A stretch of DNA of 64,000 nucleotides from Chthoniobacterales bacterium (GTDB taxonomy: Bacteria > Verrucomicrobiota > Verrucomicrobiia > Chthoniobacterales > Chthoniobacteraceae): positions 1-64,000 of the forward strand of contig JBBQZX010000029.1 in NCBI GenBank assembly GCA_038207335.1, read 5' to 3'. Shown piece by piece: positions 42,097 through 53,384 of this stretch (the first letter of the stretch is position 1; the number at the start of each line of letters is the position of its first letter). Made by a program: the position numbers and the translations under genes. The notes below the pieces were generated by a model. It saw only the letters and a list, made by a program, of their open reading frames with translations. It did no database searches and was not told the origin of the DNA.

Positions 42097-43671
42097 ATGA
42101 GCACTCCGCAAGTCACGATCTACGACACAACCCTCCGCGATGGCACGCAGGGGACGGGGATTTCGTTCAGTGTGGCGGATAAAATCCGGGTCGCGCAAAA
42201 GCTCGACGCGTTCGGAGTGCATTACATCGAGGGCGGTTTTCCCGGCTCGAATCCGAAGGATGCCGAGTTTTTCGCGCAGGCAAAAAAGATGGTCTGGAAG
42301 AATGCGAAGATCACCTCATTTGGTGCCACGCGCCGCGGCAGCCTCGCGGTCGAAAATGACCCGCAAGTAAAGCTGCTGCTCGATGCGGAGACGCCCGCAG
42401 TGACGATCGTCGGCAAGACCGCGCCGCTTCACGTCACGCAGGTTTTCCAGGTCACGCTCGAGGAGAATGTCGCGATGATTTCCGACACCGTCGCTTTTCT
42501 CAAAAAGCACGGGCGCGAGGTGCTCTACGATGCCGAGCATTTTTTCGACACGTTCAAAAGCGACCGCGAATACGCGATCCGCACGATCACCGCGGCGCGC
42601 GATGCGGGCGCGGACATGATCGTGCTGTGCGACACGAATGGCGGCGTGATGCCCGATGAAGTCGAGGCGATCACGCGCGAAGTCGTGGGCATGATCGGCA
42701 TTGGCGTCGGCATCCACACGCACAACGACTCGGGCGTCGGCGTCGCGAATGCACTCGCCGGCGTGCGCGCGGGCGCGGTCCAAGTGCAGGGTACGATCAA
42801 CGGCTACGGCGAGCGCGTGGGGAACTGCAACCTCGTCACCATCATGCCGAATCTGCAGCTCAAGCTCGGCATCCACGTCGTCCCCGACCTCACGAAATTG
42901 CGCGACCTTTCGCTCTTCATCGACGAACTCGCCAACGTGCCTCACGACATCCGCGCGCCCTTCGTCGGCGGTGCCGCGTTCACGCACAAGGGCGGGCAGC
43001 ACGTCCACGCAGTGCAGAAATTTGCGAGCAGCTACGAGCACATCGACCCCGAGACGGTAGGCAACCAGCGCGTCACGGTCGTCTCGGACATGTCGGGCCA
43101 GAGCAACATCCTCGTGAAGGCGCGGGAGCTTGGATTTTCGCTTGAAAAAGGCGCGCCGGAAGTCGCGAAAATCCTCGCCGAAGTGAAGCGGCTCGAGAAC
43201 GAAGGGTATGAATTCGAGGCGGCGGAAGGATCGCTCCATTTGCTTATCCGGCGCCTCCTCGAGCAGCACGTCCCGCTTTTCACGACTCGCGAATATCACT
43301 GCTCATTCCGCCGCTCCGGCGAGGCGCACTGGAACAAATGCGAGGCGACCGTGCAGCTCTGCGTCGGCGAGGAAAAGGAATACACCGTCGCGGCAGGCGA
43401 CGGTCCGGTGAATGCCCTCGATGCCGCGCTGCGCAAGGCGCTCCGGCCGTTTTACCCCGCGATCGATTCCATCATCCTCGAGGATTTCAAGGTGCGGATC
43501 ATCAACGGCCAGCACGGCACCGCCGCCCGCACCCGCGTGCTCATTACCTCCACCGACGGCGACGACACATGGGGCACCATCGGGGTCTCCGACAACATCA
43601 TAGAGGCGAGTTGGCTCGCGCTCGTGGACAGCTTCGATTACAAGCTGCGCCGCAGCCGAGCCGAGGCCTAA
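42097..43671 (+). CDS. cimA: Citramalate synthase
   Basis: YDTTLRDGTQG, YIEGGFPGSNPKD, YDAEHFFD, LCDTNGG, NGYGERVGN, GDGPVNALD, IIEASW. Confidence 0.93.
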   Translation: MSTPQVTIYDTTLRDGTQGTGISFSVADKIRVAQKLDAFGVHYIEGGFPGSNPKDAEFFAQAKKMVWKNAKITSFGATRRGSLAVENDPQVKLLLDAETPAVTIVGKTAPLHVTQVFQVTLEENVAMISDTVAFLKKHGREVLYDAEHFFDTFKSDREYAIRTITAARDAGADMIVLCDTNGGVMPDEVEAITREVVGMIGIGVGIHTHNDSGVGVANALAGVRAGAVQVQGTINGYGERVGNCNLVTIMPNLQLKLGIHVVPDLTKLRDLSLFIDELANVPHDIRAPFVGGAAFTHKGGQHVHAVQKFASSYEHIDPETVGNQRVTVVSDMSGQSNILVKARELGFSLEKGAPEVAKILAEVKRLENEGYEFEAAEGSLHLLIRRLLEQHVPLFTTREYHCSFRRSGEAHWNKCEATVQLCVGEEKEYTVAAGDGPVNALDAALRKALRPFYPAIDSIILEDFKVRIINGQHGTAARTRVLITSTDGDDTWGTIGVSDNIIEASWLALVDSFDYKLRRSRAEA

Positions 43672-43691
43672 CGCTCGCCCAGCGAGCACGA

Positions 43692-43728
43692 GAAGGGGCG
43701 GACCACCACTCGCGGCCCGCCCCTTTTC
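43692..43728. terminator. Hairpin between the convergent cimA and surface-protein genes
   Basis: GAAGGGGCGG...CCGCCCCTTTTC. Confidence 0.55.
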
Positions 43729-43745
43729 ACCGCCGACGGTTCCGC

Positions 43746-46700
43746 TTACGGCACATGCACGGTCACCACAGCTTGCGAGCCATCGGTGAAGGTGGCGCGA
43801 TAGATGACTTGGTTGGTGTTATTGCTGAAGCTCCGCGTGACGCCGGGCGAGCCGGAGACACCGGTGAGCGCGGTGAACGTCTTTACTGTCTTGCCGCCGA
43901 TAACGTCTCCTTCGCGGACGAGCAGGCGCAGCGCGCCGGCGCTGTCCACGGCCCAGATGCCTGCGTCATTTGTCTTGCTGACCCCGCCGGAGCCTTGGAG
44001 CAGCGTGGCGGTGAAGAGCGGCCCGCCTCTCCCGCCCCCCGAGATGGCGAGGCTGGCGAAAGTCTTCCACTTTACCCCAGCACCCGTCTCCGCGGGCTGG
44101 GACCCCTCCCGCGCGAGCAGCGTGAGCGTGCCGCCCGCCGGCCGCCACCAGAGCGTCGCGTCGTCGGAGGAAGTGACCACGCCGAGGCCCTTGATCGTCG
44201 CTGGGAAGGCCACCGCGCCCGTCGCCGGCGCGAGCACGGGGTCCTTGAACGCTCTGAAGGTCGCGCCCGTGATCCCCGTTACGCCCGTCACCCGCGCCAC
44301 TGGTTCAAACGCGCCCCCAATCCCGAGGAAAATCCCCTTCGCATTCGCGCTTGTCACCCCGCCCACGCCACTCGTCAGCGTCGAGATCATCGCCGCATAA
44401 GTCGTGTCCGGCGCGGCCACCGGGCCGAAGCTCTTGAACGTCGCCGCCGGCAGCAGCGCCCCGCCGGTCACCTGGCCCGTCTGGGCGAAAGGCGTGAGCG
44501 ACCCGCCCATCCCATCCACCAGCGCTTGCGTCCCATTGGCGAGCAGGACGAGAAACGCGGCGTTCCCCTCCGTGTGGGCGCGGCCCTGCCCCGGCGAACC
44601 CGACGTCGCCGCGAGCAACTTGAAGCTCCTCACTGTGGTCGATCCGAAGACCTGCCCCTCACGGACCACCTGGCGCACTAAGTTGGTCGACACCTCGCCG
44701 TTGCTCGCGCTCGTCACCGCATAAGCCGCGCGGTTGTTCGCGCTCGTCACCAGTGGCGCCCCGCCTTGCAAGCTCGCCACATAGAGCACCTCGGCCCCTT
44801 GCAGCGACACGCTCGCAAAGCTCAGCAGCTTCGCGCCATCCGCCGCATCCGCGACCGCACCCTTCTGCGCCACCATCGTCAGCGCGCCGCCCGCAAAGGC
44901 ATTCGTCCACAGCCCCGTGTTGTTCGCCGAACTGATCCCCGGACCCGCAATCGTCGCGGCGAAAGCCAGCTGCCCAGTCGCATTCAGCACCGGGTCCTTG
45001 AACCCCGTGAACGTGACGCCCGCGCCCGCCGCCGGGTCGCCCACCTTCACCACCAGCATCGCCACCGCCTCCGAGCTCACGCCAAACAGCCCCGTGCCCG
45101 ACTGCGCCGGAATCGCCCCGTTCTTGGGCGCCGTCCACTTGGCGAGGAAGGCCACCCCGCCCGTGTCATTGATCGACGGCACCCCAAAGGTCGTAAAGAC
45201 CGCGCCCGCTGCGATCCGCGAATCCGTCCCCGCGCCCGGCACCTCCGCACCCTTTTGAAAGAGCACTGTCGTCTCCGGATTGAGCAACACCGTCCAGGCT
45301 CGCGTCGCCGGCCTCGCGTCCGCATTGCCCGCCGCATCCGTTGCGAAGACGCTAAACGTGGCGTCCCCTGCGCCAGCCCGTAGAACGTCACCTTCCCCGG
45401 GTTCGTCACCGGCGTCGCGCCATCCAACGAGTAGGTGAACGTCGCCGCCTCATCCGCGCTGTAGTAAAAAGATGCCTCCGCACTGTCCACCGTCCCGCTC
45501 GGTCCACTCGTGATCGTCGTCTCCGGCGCCACCGTATCCACCCTCCATGTATAACTTGCGGGGCTCGGGTCGGCCATGCCGCCGGCGCTCAGCGCGCGGA
45601 CGCGGAGGGTGTGACTCCCATCCGCGAGCGGCGCAGTGCTGTAGGGCGAAGTCGCCGCCGCATATGCCCCCGCATCCACCTGCACCTCAAACGTTGCCCC
45701 CGCCTCATTCGACATGAACGCAAAGTCCCCGGTCGGGTCGTTTGTCGGGTTCGGCTCCGTCGTCGTCAGCGTCGTCTCCAGTGGCGTGGGGAAGACAAGG
45801 GAAAAAACTGCCACCGAGCCTTTGTCGTTCTGCGGGGAGTCGTCTCCGGGGATGCCGGCGACGGCGGTGGTGCCATCCACCGCCACCGACCGGCCGAAAC
45901 TGTCGCTGGCCGATGGGCCGGGATTGTTGAGCGTCGCCACCGGAACGGTCGGCGTCGCGCCAGCGAGGTCATACACGTAAGCAGTGCCGGAGTCGGTGGC
46001 GCCCGTGTCGTCCGAGGAAGCTCCCACCACCACCCGCGTGCCGGAGATCGCCACCGACACGCCGAAAGCGTCGTCCGTCGCCGGGTCCGGGTTGTTCAGC
46101 GTCGCCACCGGAACGGTCGGCGTCGCGCTGGCGAGATCATACACGTAGGCGCTACCCGCCCTGGCGACGTTCGTGCTGTCATAGAGAGCCCCGACCACCA
46201 CCCGCGGGCCGGAGATGGCCACTGAAAAGCCGAATAGGTCGCTCGACCCCGGGCTCGGGTTATGGAGCGTCGCCACCGGGACAGTCGGCGTCGCACTGCT
46301 CAGGTCATACACATAGGCGCTGCCCGCGGCGTCGGCACCCGCGTCGTCGAGGTAAGCCCCCACGACGATCCGAGTGCCATCCACCGCTACCGAATTGCCG
46401 AACTGGTCTTCCACCGTCGGCTCGGGATTATTGAGCGTCGCTACGGGAGTGGTGGGCGTTGCGCTCGCGAGGTCATAGACGTAGGCGCTACCCGCATTAA
46501 GGAGGCCGGTGTCGTCGTCGGGCGCACCCACCACCACGAGGGTGCCAGAGATTGCCACCGACTGGCCGAAGAGGTCGGACAACGATGGGCTGGGATTATT
46601 GAGCGTCGCCACCGGAGTGGTCGGCGTCGCGCTGGCCAGGTCATACACGTACGCAATTCCGACGTCCTGCGGGCCGGTGTCGTCCCGGAGAGCCCCGACT

Positions 46701-48181
46701 ACCACCCGGGTGCCGGAGATCCCTACCGAACACCCGAAGAAGTCGCCCGTCCCCGGGCTGGGATTGTGGAGCGTCGCCACGGGAGTGGTGGGCGTCGTAC
46801 TGGCGAGATCATACACGTAGGCACTGCCCGCGTCCTGCGCGCCAGTGTCCTCCCGGGTAGCCCCCACCACCATCCGCGTGCCGGAGATCGCCACCGAGGT
46901 GCCGAAGAAGTCGGCCGCCGCCGGGCCGGGGTTGTTCAGCTTCGCCACCGCTGTGGTCGGCGCCGCGCCCGCGAGGTCGTAAACGTAAGCACTGCCCGCG
47001 TCGGTGGCACCCATGTCGTCCCTGGGAGCCCCCACCACCACCGATGTGCCGGAGATCGCCACCGACACGCCAAAGCCGTTGCCCGCTGCTGGGCTGGGTT
47101 CGGTGAGCGTCGCGAACGGAGTGGTCGGCGTCGCGCTCACGACATCATACAGGTAGGCTCTGTCCGAGCCGTTCCCGTAACCTCCCACTAATGCCCGCGT
47201 CCCGGAGATCGCTACCGACTTGCCGAAGTTGTTGTTGAACCCCGGGCTGGGGTCCGTGAGTGTCGCCATCGGTGTCGTCGGGTTCGCCCCGGCGAGGTCA
47301 TACACGTAGGCGGCGCCAGCGTAGAGGATCTGGGAAGCCCCGACGGCCACGCGGGTGCCGGAGATCGCTACCGAGAACCCGAAAGACTTGACGGTGGCCA
47401 AGCTGGGATTGGTGAGCGTCGCCACCGGCGTGGTGGGCGTCGCGCTGGCGAGGTCATACACGTAGGCGCTGCCCGCGTTCGTAGCACCCGTATCGTCTTG
47501 AGAAGCCCCCACCACCACCCGGGTGCCGGAGATCGCCACCGAGTTGCCGAATTGGTCGTTCGCCGCCGGGCTGGGGTTGTTCAGCGTCGCCACTGGAGTG
47601 TTCGGCGTCGCGCCGGCGAGGTCATACACATAGGCGCTACCCGCGTTGGTGGCACCCGTGTAGTCCGAGGGAGCCCCAACCACCACCCGGGTACCGGAGA
47701 TTGCCACCGACTGGCCAGAGACTCGGCGGGGAGTGGTGAGCGCCATCACGGGAATGGTGGGCGTCGTGCTGGCAAGGTCATACACGTAGGCGATCCCCAC
47801 GAGATTGGTCCCCGGGACATCGTCGAAAGCCCCCACCACGACCCGCGGGCCGGAGATCGCCACTGAACTTCCGAATCCATCGTACCGCGCCGGGGTCGGG
47901 TTCGGCAGCAAGTGGAGCAGCGCCCCGGTCGTGGAGTCGAACACTTTGACCACGCCCGAGTCCTGCGCGAGCAGATCGTCACTCGGCGCGCCCGTCACTG
48001 TGAGGTTCCCATCAGTCGCCACCGCGGAGCCGAGCTGCGCGCCCGGCTGCATCCCCACCGGCGGGGCCGGGATATAGTGGGTCGGCGCGGGAGTCGCCTG
48101 CCCGAGGGCCGCGGGCGGCGTGCCGGGGAAACAGGCGGACAGCGCGAGTAAGGCGATCGGGAGGCGGATTGAGCGATTCAT
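43746..48181 (-). pseudogene. Large secreted protein (14 FG-GAP-like blades, two Ig-like domains, C-terminal NxxGxxAF propeller) interrupted by a 1-bp deletion at 45360/45361
   Basis: Signal peptide at 48181; repeats FGxSVAISGTRVVVGA...AYVYDL. Restoring one base gives GTHTFSVFATDAAGNAD and joins ORF 45077-48298 to ORF 43746-45290. Confidence 0.85.
45800..48050 (-). repeat. Intragenic tandem repeat of about 55-60 codons, 14 units
   Basis: Recurrent GGTCATACACGTAG and GCCGGAGATCGCCACCGA on the + strand. Confidence 0.9.
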
Positions 48182-48709
48182 GGCGGGTGAGCAGGGGGCG
48201 GTGGGCGAGTCGGGGGAAATGAAGCGGTGCGAGCAACGCGGAGCATGCCGTAGACGGAACGAGGAACCAGTGGCAAACCGAGGCAACCTCCTCCGCAACG
48301 TGGCTCATGGTCCGAGCCAAAGCTGAAGACGAGAATTCTGACGCCCCACAAAAAGTGCGCGCGAAGGGGAGCCGCGTCAACAGTTCGATCGTTTTGTGGA
48401 GCAGCGTCCGAGCGCGGTGGCTTACAAGCGCGGCGCCCACCGCTTGCGGCGTCCCGGCCGCGGAAACGGCGGATTCGCCGGGTCAAAGGTCGTCGGCACC
48501 GCTTTCACCTGATCGGGCAACGGTGCGGGCAGGCATTTTGATCGCATTCATCACCGGCAATCTCACCGGCCAAAGCGCGGCGAGCGAGCCGACGAAGGTG
48601 CTGGTACCGCAGCGGGCGCCGGGGGGACGCGTGGCGGCCGGCGGTTTAGGTGGAGAGGCCGAGGTGCGGCTTGGAAGACTCAGGTTTTCGCCCGCGACCG
48701 CTTGGGTGT

Positions 48710-49522
48710 TCACTTCCCGAGCAGGAGGGGAAGCAGCAAAAGCAGGACGCCGGCAGCGATGCGGTAGATTCCGAAGCCGGTGAAAGTGTGCGTTTGCACG
48801 TATCTCAACATCCATTTCACGGCGGCGAATGACACGATTGCGGCGACGCCTGCGGCAATGAGCGTCAGCGTCCAGTCGATGTGCGGGGCGTCGGGCGCGG
48901 GATGGTGGAACGCCTTGAAAATCTTGTATGCACCGGCCGCGAGGAGCGTCGGGATGCCGACGAGAAAGGAGAATTCCGTGGCGATCACGCGATTTGTGCC
49001 GAGCAGCAGGGCGAACAAAATCGTCGCGCCAGAACGAGAGGTGCCGGGGAAAATCGCGGCGATGAGTTGCGCCACGGCGACCGCGATGACGACCGGCCAG
49101 GTGATCGAATCTCGCCGCGCATGATCGCCGAGCATTTTCTCCACGATAACGAACGCCACACCACCGATGATGAGCGCCCACGCGACCGGGCCGACTTCCT
49201 CCGGCAGTTTGAAATGCAGCTTGTCGAGCACAAGGCCGCCGACACCGGTGATGCCAAAGGCTACGATGATTTTCGTGAGCATGTCGCGACTCGCCGGTTC
49301 ATTCAGCCGCGAGAGCATCGCGAGCCGGCCGGAGAAAAGCGGGATGACAGCGAGCACCGCGCCGCACTGGATCACAATGTTGAAAAAGTCGCTGCGGAGA
49401 AAACTCGCGGGATCGATTTTCAACAGATGCTCGGCGATGAGCAGATGACCGGTGGAGGAAACCGGGATGAACTCAGTGAGCCCCTCGACGACGCCGAGGA
49501 TGAGAGCGAGCAGGAAAGACAT
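48710..49522 (-). CDS. uppP: Undecaprenyl-diphosphate phosphatase
   Basis: GVVEGLTEFIPVSSTGH, IQCGAVLA, PGTSRSGATI, EFSFL. Confidence 0.95.
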   Translation of the reverse strand: MSFLLALILGVVEGLTEFIPVSSTGHLLIAEHLLKIDPASFLRSDFFNIVIQCGAVLAVIPLFSGRLAMLSRLNEPASRDMLTKIIVAFGITGVGGLVLDKLHFKLPEEVGPVAWALIIGGVAFVIVEKMLGDHARRDSITWPVVIAVAVAQLIAAIFPGTSRSGATILFALLLGTNRVIATEFSFLVGIPTLLAAGAYKIFKAFHHPAPDAPHIDWTLTLIAAGVAAIVSFAAVKWMLRYVQTHTFTGFGIYRIAAGVLLLLLPLLLGK

Positions 49523-49582
49523 CAGGGAGTATTTTGAATGCACGAGTCGCCGCGTGGCGACCCATTCAAAATCAAAACTTCT

Positions 49583-49933
<351 letters not shown>

Positions 49934-50033
49934 CTATCGGGCGCGCGTGCTTTTGCAAGCATTGAAGCGGGCTCCGGGGTCATTCGGTGTTTTTTGATGC
50001 GGCTGCCGGCGAACTGCGGCACGGTCTGCACGA

Positions 50034-50678
50034 ATGATTGCCACTTGGATTCGCCAAAAAGATGAGCCGCTGTTCGCCAGATTTTTCGAGCCGCATCCCG
50101 GCGTTCGCTGCGAAAACGCGCGCACCGCTCCGGTCGATCTCGCGGACGCGACCGGCCTGCTGGTGACCGGCGGCCCGGACATCTCCGCGGAGTTCCACAA
50201 CGAGCCCGTCAGCGATCCCGCCCTCATCGAAGACCCGGAGCCGGAGCGCGACGCCTGGGAGTTTGCTGCGATCCGCGCGGCGCTCGATCGCGGCCTGCCG
50301 ATCTTCTGCATTTGCAAAGGCGTGCAGGTGCTGAACGTCGCGCTCGGCGGCACGCTGCACCTCGATATTCGCGGTCACGACCTGCCCGAGCTGAAGGACG
50401 GAAATCTACAGCCGCTGCGCTTCGACACGGGCGCGCGGCATCGCTTCGAAAAGGTGAACAGCTCCCACCACCAAGCGCTCGACCGGCTGGGCGATGGGCT
50501 GGAGATCGAGGCCTGGAGCGCATCGGACGACATCGTCGAGCAGGTGCGGCTCCGAAAATATCCTTTCGCGCTCGGCGTCCAATACCACCCGGAACGCGAT
50601 TGGATGTACGCGCCGCTCTTCGAGGAGTTCATCGCGCATTCTCAAAATGGACGTTCAACCGATCTCACCCGCACCTAA
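50034..50678 (+). CDS. Gamma-glutamyl hydrolase-like class I glutamine amidotransferase (PuuD / peptidase C26 family)
   Basis: TGGPDI, ERDAWE, ICKGVQVLNVALGGTL, VNSSHHQA, GVQYHPE. Confidence 0.9.
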   Translation: MIATWIRQKDEPLFARFFEPHPGVRCENARTAPVDLADATGLLVTGGPDISAEFHNEPVSDPALIEDPEPERDAWEFAAIRAALDRGLPIFCICKGVQVLNVALGGTLHLDIRGHDLPELKDGNLQPLRFDTGARHRFEKVNSSHHQALDRLGDGLEIEAWSASDDIVEQVRLRKYPFALGVQYHPERDWMYAPLFEEFIAHSQNGRSTDLTRT

Positions 50679-51588
50679 TCACGACGCGCTCCCGCTCGAT
50701 CTCACGATCCGATGCGGGCTCGAGCTCGTCTATGAAGCCACCGCGCCCACGCCCGCGATCCTTTTGCTGAGGCCGCGGCTCGAACCCTTCGAGTCCATCG
50801 AGAGAGAAGAATTCAGCGTCGAGCCAAAGCTGCCGTTGGTGGCATTCGAGGACTGGCACGGCAACATCGCGCAGCGCGTCGTGCTCCCGCCGGGGCGCAC
50901 GACCATCCGCCACGACTCGTTCATCTCCGTCCCGAGCGTGCGCGAAAATGTCGGCATCCTCGACGAGCCGCACCCGATCGAGCAGGTGCCTTCCGAGCTG
51001 CTTCGCTACACGCTTCCCAGCCGGTATTGCGACTCCGACCGGCTCATGGATTTCGCGTATCAGCAGTTCGGCCAGATCCCGCACGGGCTCCAGCGCGTGC
51101 AGGCGATTTGCGACTGGCTCCACAAAAACATCGAATACCGCTGGGGCTCCGGCAGCCCGCACGTCACCGCGAGCGAAGTCATCGCTCAGCGCTACGGCGT
51201 CTGCCGCGACTTCGCCCACACGGCCATCGCGCTCTTCCGCTGCTTCAATCTCCCCGCGCGCTACATCACCGGCCACGTCCCCGACGTCGCATTCCAGGAC
51301 CCCGGCACCGCCATGGACTTCCACGCTTACGCCCAAGTCTATATCGGCCACCGCTGGTGCACCTTCGACGCGCGGTTCAATGTCGCGCGCATCGGGCGGA
51401 TCAAAATCGCGTGCGGGCTCGACGCCGTCGATGGCGCCTTCTCCACGCTCTACGGCGCGGCGCGGCTCGCCTACTTCAGCGTCTGGTCCTACCAGATCGA
51501 CCCCGCGGTGGTGAATCTCGGCGACCCTATCGACCTCGCAAAGCGCATGGACGGCACGCCCGAGCTGCGCTTCCCCGGTGTCCGGTAG
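50647..51588 (+). CDS. Transglutaminase-like protein
   Basis: LPSRYCDSD; GVCRDFAH (Cys), PARYITG, DFHAY (His), TFD (Asp). Confidence 0.9.
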   Translation: MDVQPISPAPNHDALPLDLTIRCGLELVYEATAPTPAILLLRPRLEPFESIEREEFSVEPKLPLVAFEDWHGNIAQRVVLPPGRTTIRHDSFISVPSVRENVGILDEPHPIEQVPSELLRYTLPSRYCDSDRLMDFAYQQFGQIPHGLQRVQAICDWLHKNIEYRWGSGSPHVTASEVIAQRYGVCRDFAHTAIALFRCFNLPARYITGHVPDVAFQDPGTAMDFHAYAQVYIGHRWCTFDARFNVARIGRIKIACGLDAVDGAFSTLYGAARLAYFSVWSYQIDPAVVNLGDPIDLAKRMDGTPELRFPGVR

Positions 51589-51593
51589 CGCCC

Positions 51594-52544
51594 CTACGCA
51601 AACGCCGCGCGCAGCATCTCGATGCCCTTCTGCACGCCAGTTTCCGCGGCCTCTTTCCCCTCCATCTCGAGCGATACGTATCCCGTGTAATTCGCCGCCC
51701 GCAACAGCCCGGCGATCCGCTTGTAATCAAGGTCCAGCGTGTACCACTCCCCTCCCCCCGGATAGGTCTTCGCCTGCACAAAGACCGTCTTCGGCGCGAT
51801 CTTCTCCAGCTTCTCATACGGCTCCTCGAGAAAATTCCCCGTATCCATCAGCGCGCCCACCCACGGCGACTTCACCCCATCTAGGATGCGCAACATCCCC
51901 TCCGGCGTATTCGAGAGCCCCCAGTGATTTTCCAGCGCCAGCATCACCCCCCGCGCCTCCGCCTTCTCCGCACACTTCGCGATCGATTCGATCGCCCACT
52001 TAAACCCATCGTCCACCGTAAACCCCGCGAGCACCGGTTCGATCCCCCGCGCCTTCATCAGATCGTCAAACCCCGCGATCGTCTTCCACCGCCCCGCATT
52101 CAGCCGGATGCACGGCACCCCCAGCGCATACGCGATCTCGATGCACTTCTCCGTATGCGCGATCCACTTGTGCCGCTCCGCCGGATTCGGCGACACGAAA
52201 TCCTGATGGATCGAAAGGCACGCCAGATCCACCCCCGCGCGAAACGCGTGCCGCTTCAGCTTCATGCAATACGCGTGCGACGCCGCATCCAGCGCGGCCA
52301 GTTCCTCGATCCCCATCTGCCGGTGTAAAATATCGAGCCCCTGCACCCCGAGCGCCGCCGTCTTATCGATCACCGTCTCGATCGGCACCGCCGGTCCCCG
52401 GAAGTGCCAATACGAATACGTCGAAATCGCCAGCTTGATCGGCGACGCCACCGCAGCCGTCGGTGCCGCCACCACATCCGCTCCCCGAGCCATCGCCCCG
52501 CCGAGCCCAGCCATCGTCGTTGCGAGAAAAGCGCGCCGATTCAT
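51594..52544 (-). CDS. Tat-exported sugar-phosphate isomerase/epimerase (xylose-isomerase-like TIM barrel)
   Basis: MNRRAFL Tat signal; ALENHWG, DTGNF, VQAK, SLEMEG. Confidence 0.88.
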   Translation of the reverse strand: MNRRAFLATTMAGLGGAMARGADVVAAPTAAVASPIKLAISTYSYWHFRGPAVPIETVIDKTAALGVQGLDILHRQMGIEELAALDAASHAYCMKLKRHAFRAGVDLACLSIHQDFVSPNPAERHKWIAHTEKCIEIAYALGVPCIRLNAGRWKTIAGFDDLMKARGIEPVLAGFTVDDGFKWAIESIAKCAEKAEARGVMLALENHWGLSNTPEGMLRILDGVKSPWVGALMDTGNFLEEPYEKLEKIAPKTVFVQAKTYPGGGEWYTLDLDYKRIAGLLRAANYTGYVSLEMEGKEAAETGVQKGIEMLRAAFA

Positions 52545-52632
52545 CTCAGGAGAAAAAGTGAACACATCGAACGAGGTGGGAACATCATGCCGGGAGCGTA
52601 AGAATTGCCGGAAAAAAACCAATCACCAACAA

Positions 52633-52662
52633 TGCTGTCTAGCGGATTTGAACCCCCGCTCA
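52633..52662 (-). repeat. Degenerate copy of the tRNA-Leu 3' end (candidate decayed att site)
   Basis: TGAGCGGGGGTTCAAATCCGCTAGACAGCA versus tRNA GGAGTAGGGGTTCGAGTCCCCTCCCCGGCA: 20/30 identical, ungapped, same strand and register. Confidence 0.5.
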
Positions 52663-52940
52663 ATTCGAAGTCAGAATGGGGTCGCCGCGCACGAATCGAC
52701 GATAACTCGCCAACGGCGCGCTGCCTCCATTCCCCTGTGGAGGAAGCGCACCATCGCTTCCGTAGCTGGATCATCGGCAACACCATCGGCGTCGCCGTCG
52801 GAACATTGCCTGGCAGCACTCTGTAAACAAAATCCGCTCGCGACGGCTGCGGGCGCAGATGCCGTCTTTCTTCCTCATCGAGTTGCTCCACGCCAGGAGC
52901 ATCCATGCCACGAGTGGCATAGATACGCTACGGGATTTGA

Positions 52941-53186
52941 GTGAGGAGGCGGCCTTGCCGGGCGTGCTACAGGTATGCGGATGCCCTTGGATCACGATCA
53001 CGAGCCTATTTTCATCCGAACACCGAGCGTGGCCAATTGATTGCGGCCTTTCCGCTCTCAGGCCGCTTGGCAAACGTGCTAGAGGCAGCGAATGTACGGG
53101 TTCCCGGCGATCTCCACGGACGCTCGTTCGCCGAAAATGCGCGGGTTCGGAACTGCGGGCTGTTTTCTGCCGGGGAGGACCCGTGA
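52941..53186 (+). pseudogene. Fragment resembling an RNA polymerase alpha-CTD-like helix-hairpin-helix domain
   Basis: IAAFPLSGRLANVLEAANVRVPGDLHGRSFAENARVRNCG matches the L-S-x-R-x-x-N-x-L...GDL...RNxG pattern; no convincing start codon. Confidence 0.5.
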
Positions 53187-53302
53187 CACCTTCACTCCAC
53201 CCAGCATCTCGCCGAGGGCATTTCCAGCTTTGGACGCGTGACAAACCGTGAAAAATCAGCCTCCGAACACTGTCTTGTGCCGGTTTTTGGGCTTCTCGAA
53301 AG

Positions 53303-53384
53303 TGCCGGGGAGGGGACTCGAACCCCTACTCCTTGCGGAACCAGATCCTAAGTCTGGCGCGTCTGCCAATTTCGCCACCCCGGC
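53303..53384 (-). tRNA. tRNA-Leu (anticodon TAG); CCA not encoded
   Basis: GCCGGGGTGGCGAAATTGGCAGACGCGCCAGACTTAGGATCTGGTTCCGCAAGGAGTAGGGGTTCGAGTCCCCTCCCCGGCA: cloverleaf with a long variable arm. Confidence 0.97.

Noticed and set aside
45340..45375. Programmed ribosomal frameshift in the FG-GAP gene
   Set aside because: No slippery sequence is present, and simple restoration of a His codon explains the break.
48270..48325. c-di-GMP-I riboswitch-like GGCAAACC...GCAA motif
   Set aside because: It lacks the GGGACGCAAA/P3 elements and is on the opposite strand to the adjacent gene.
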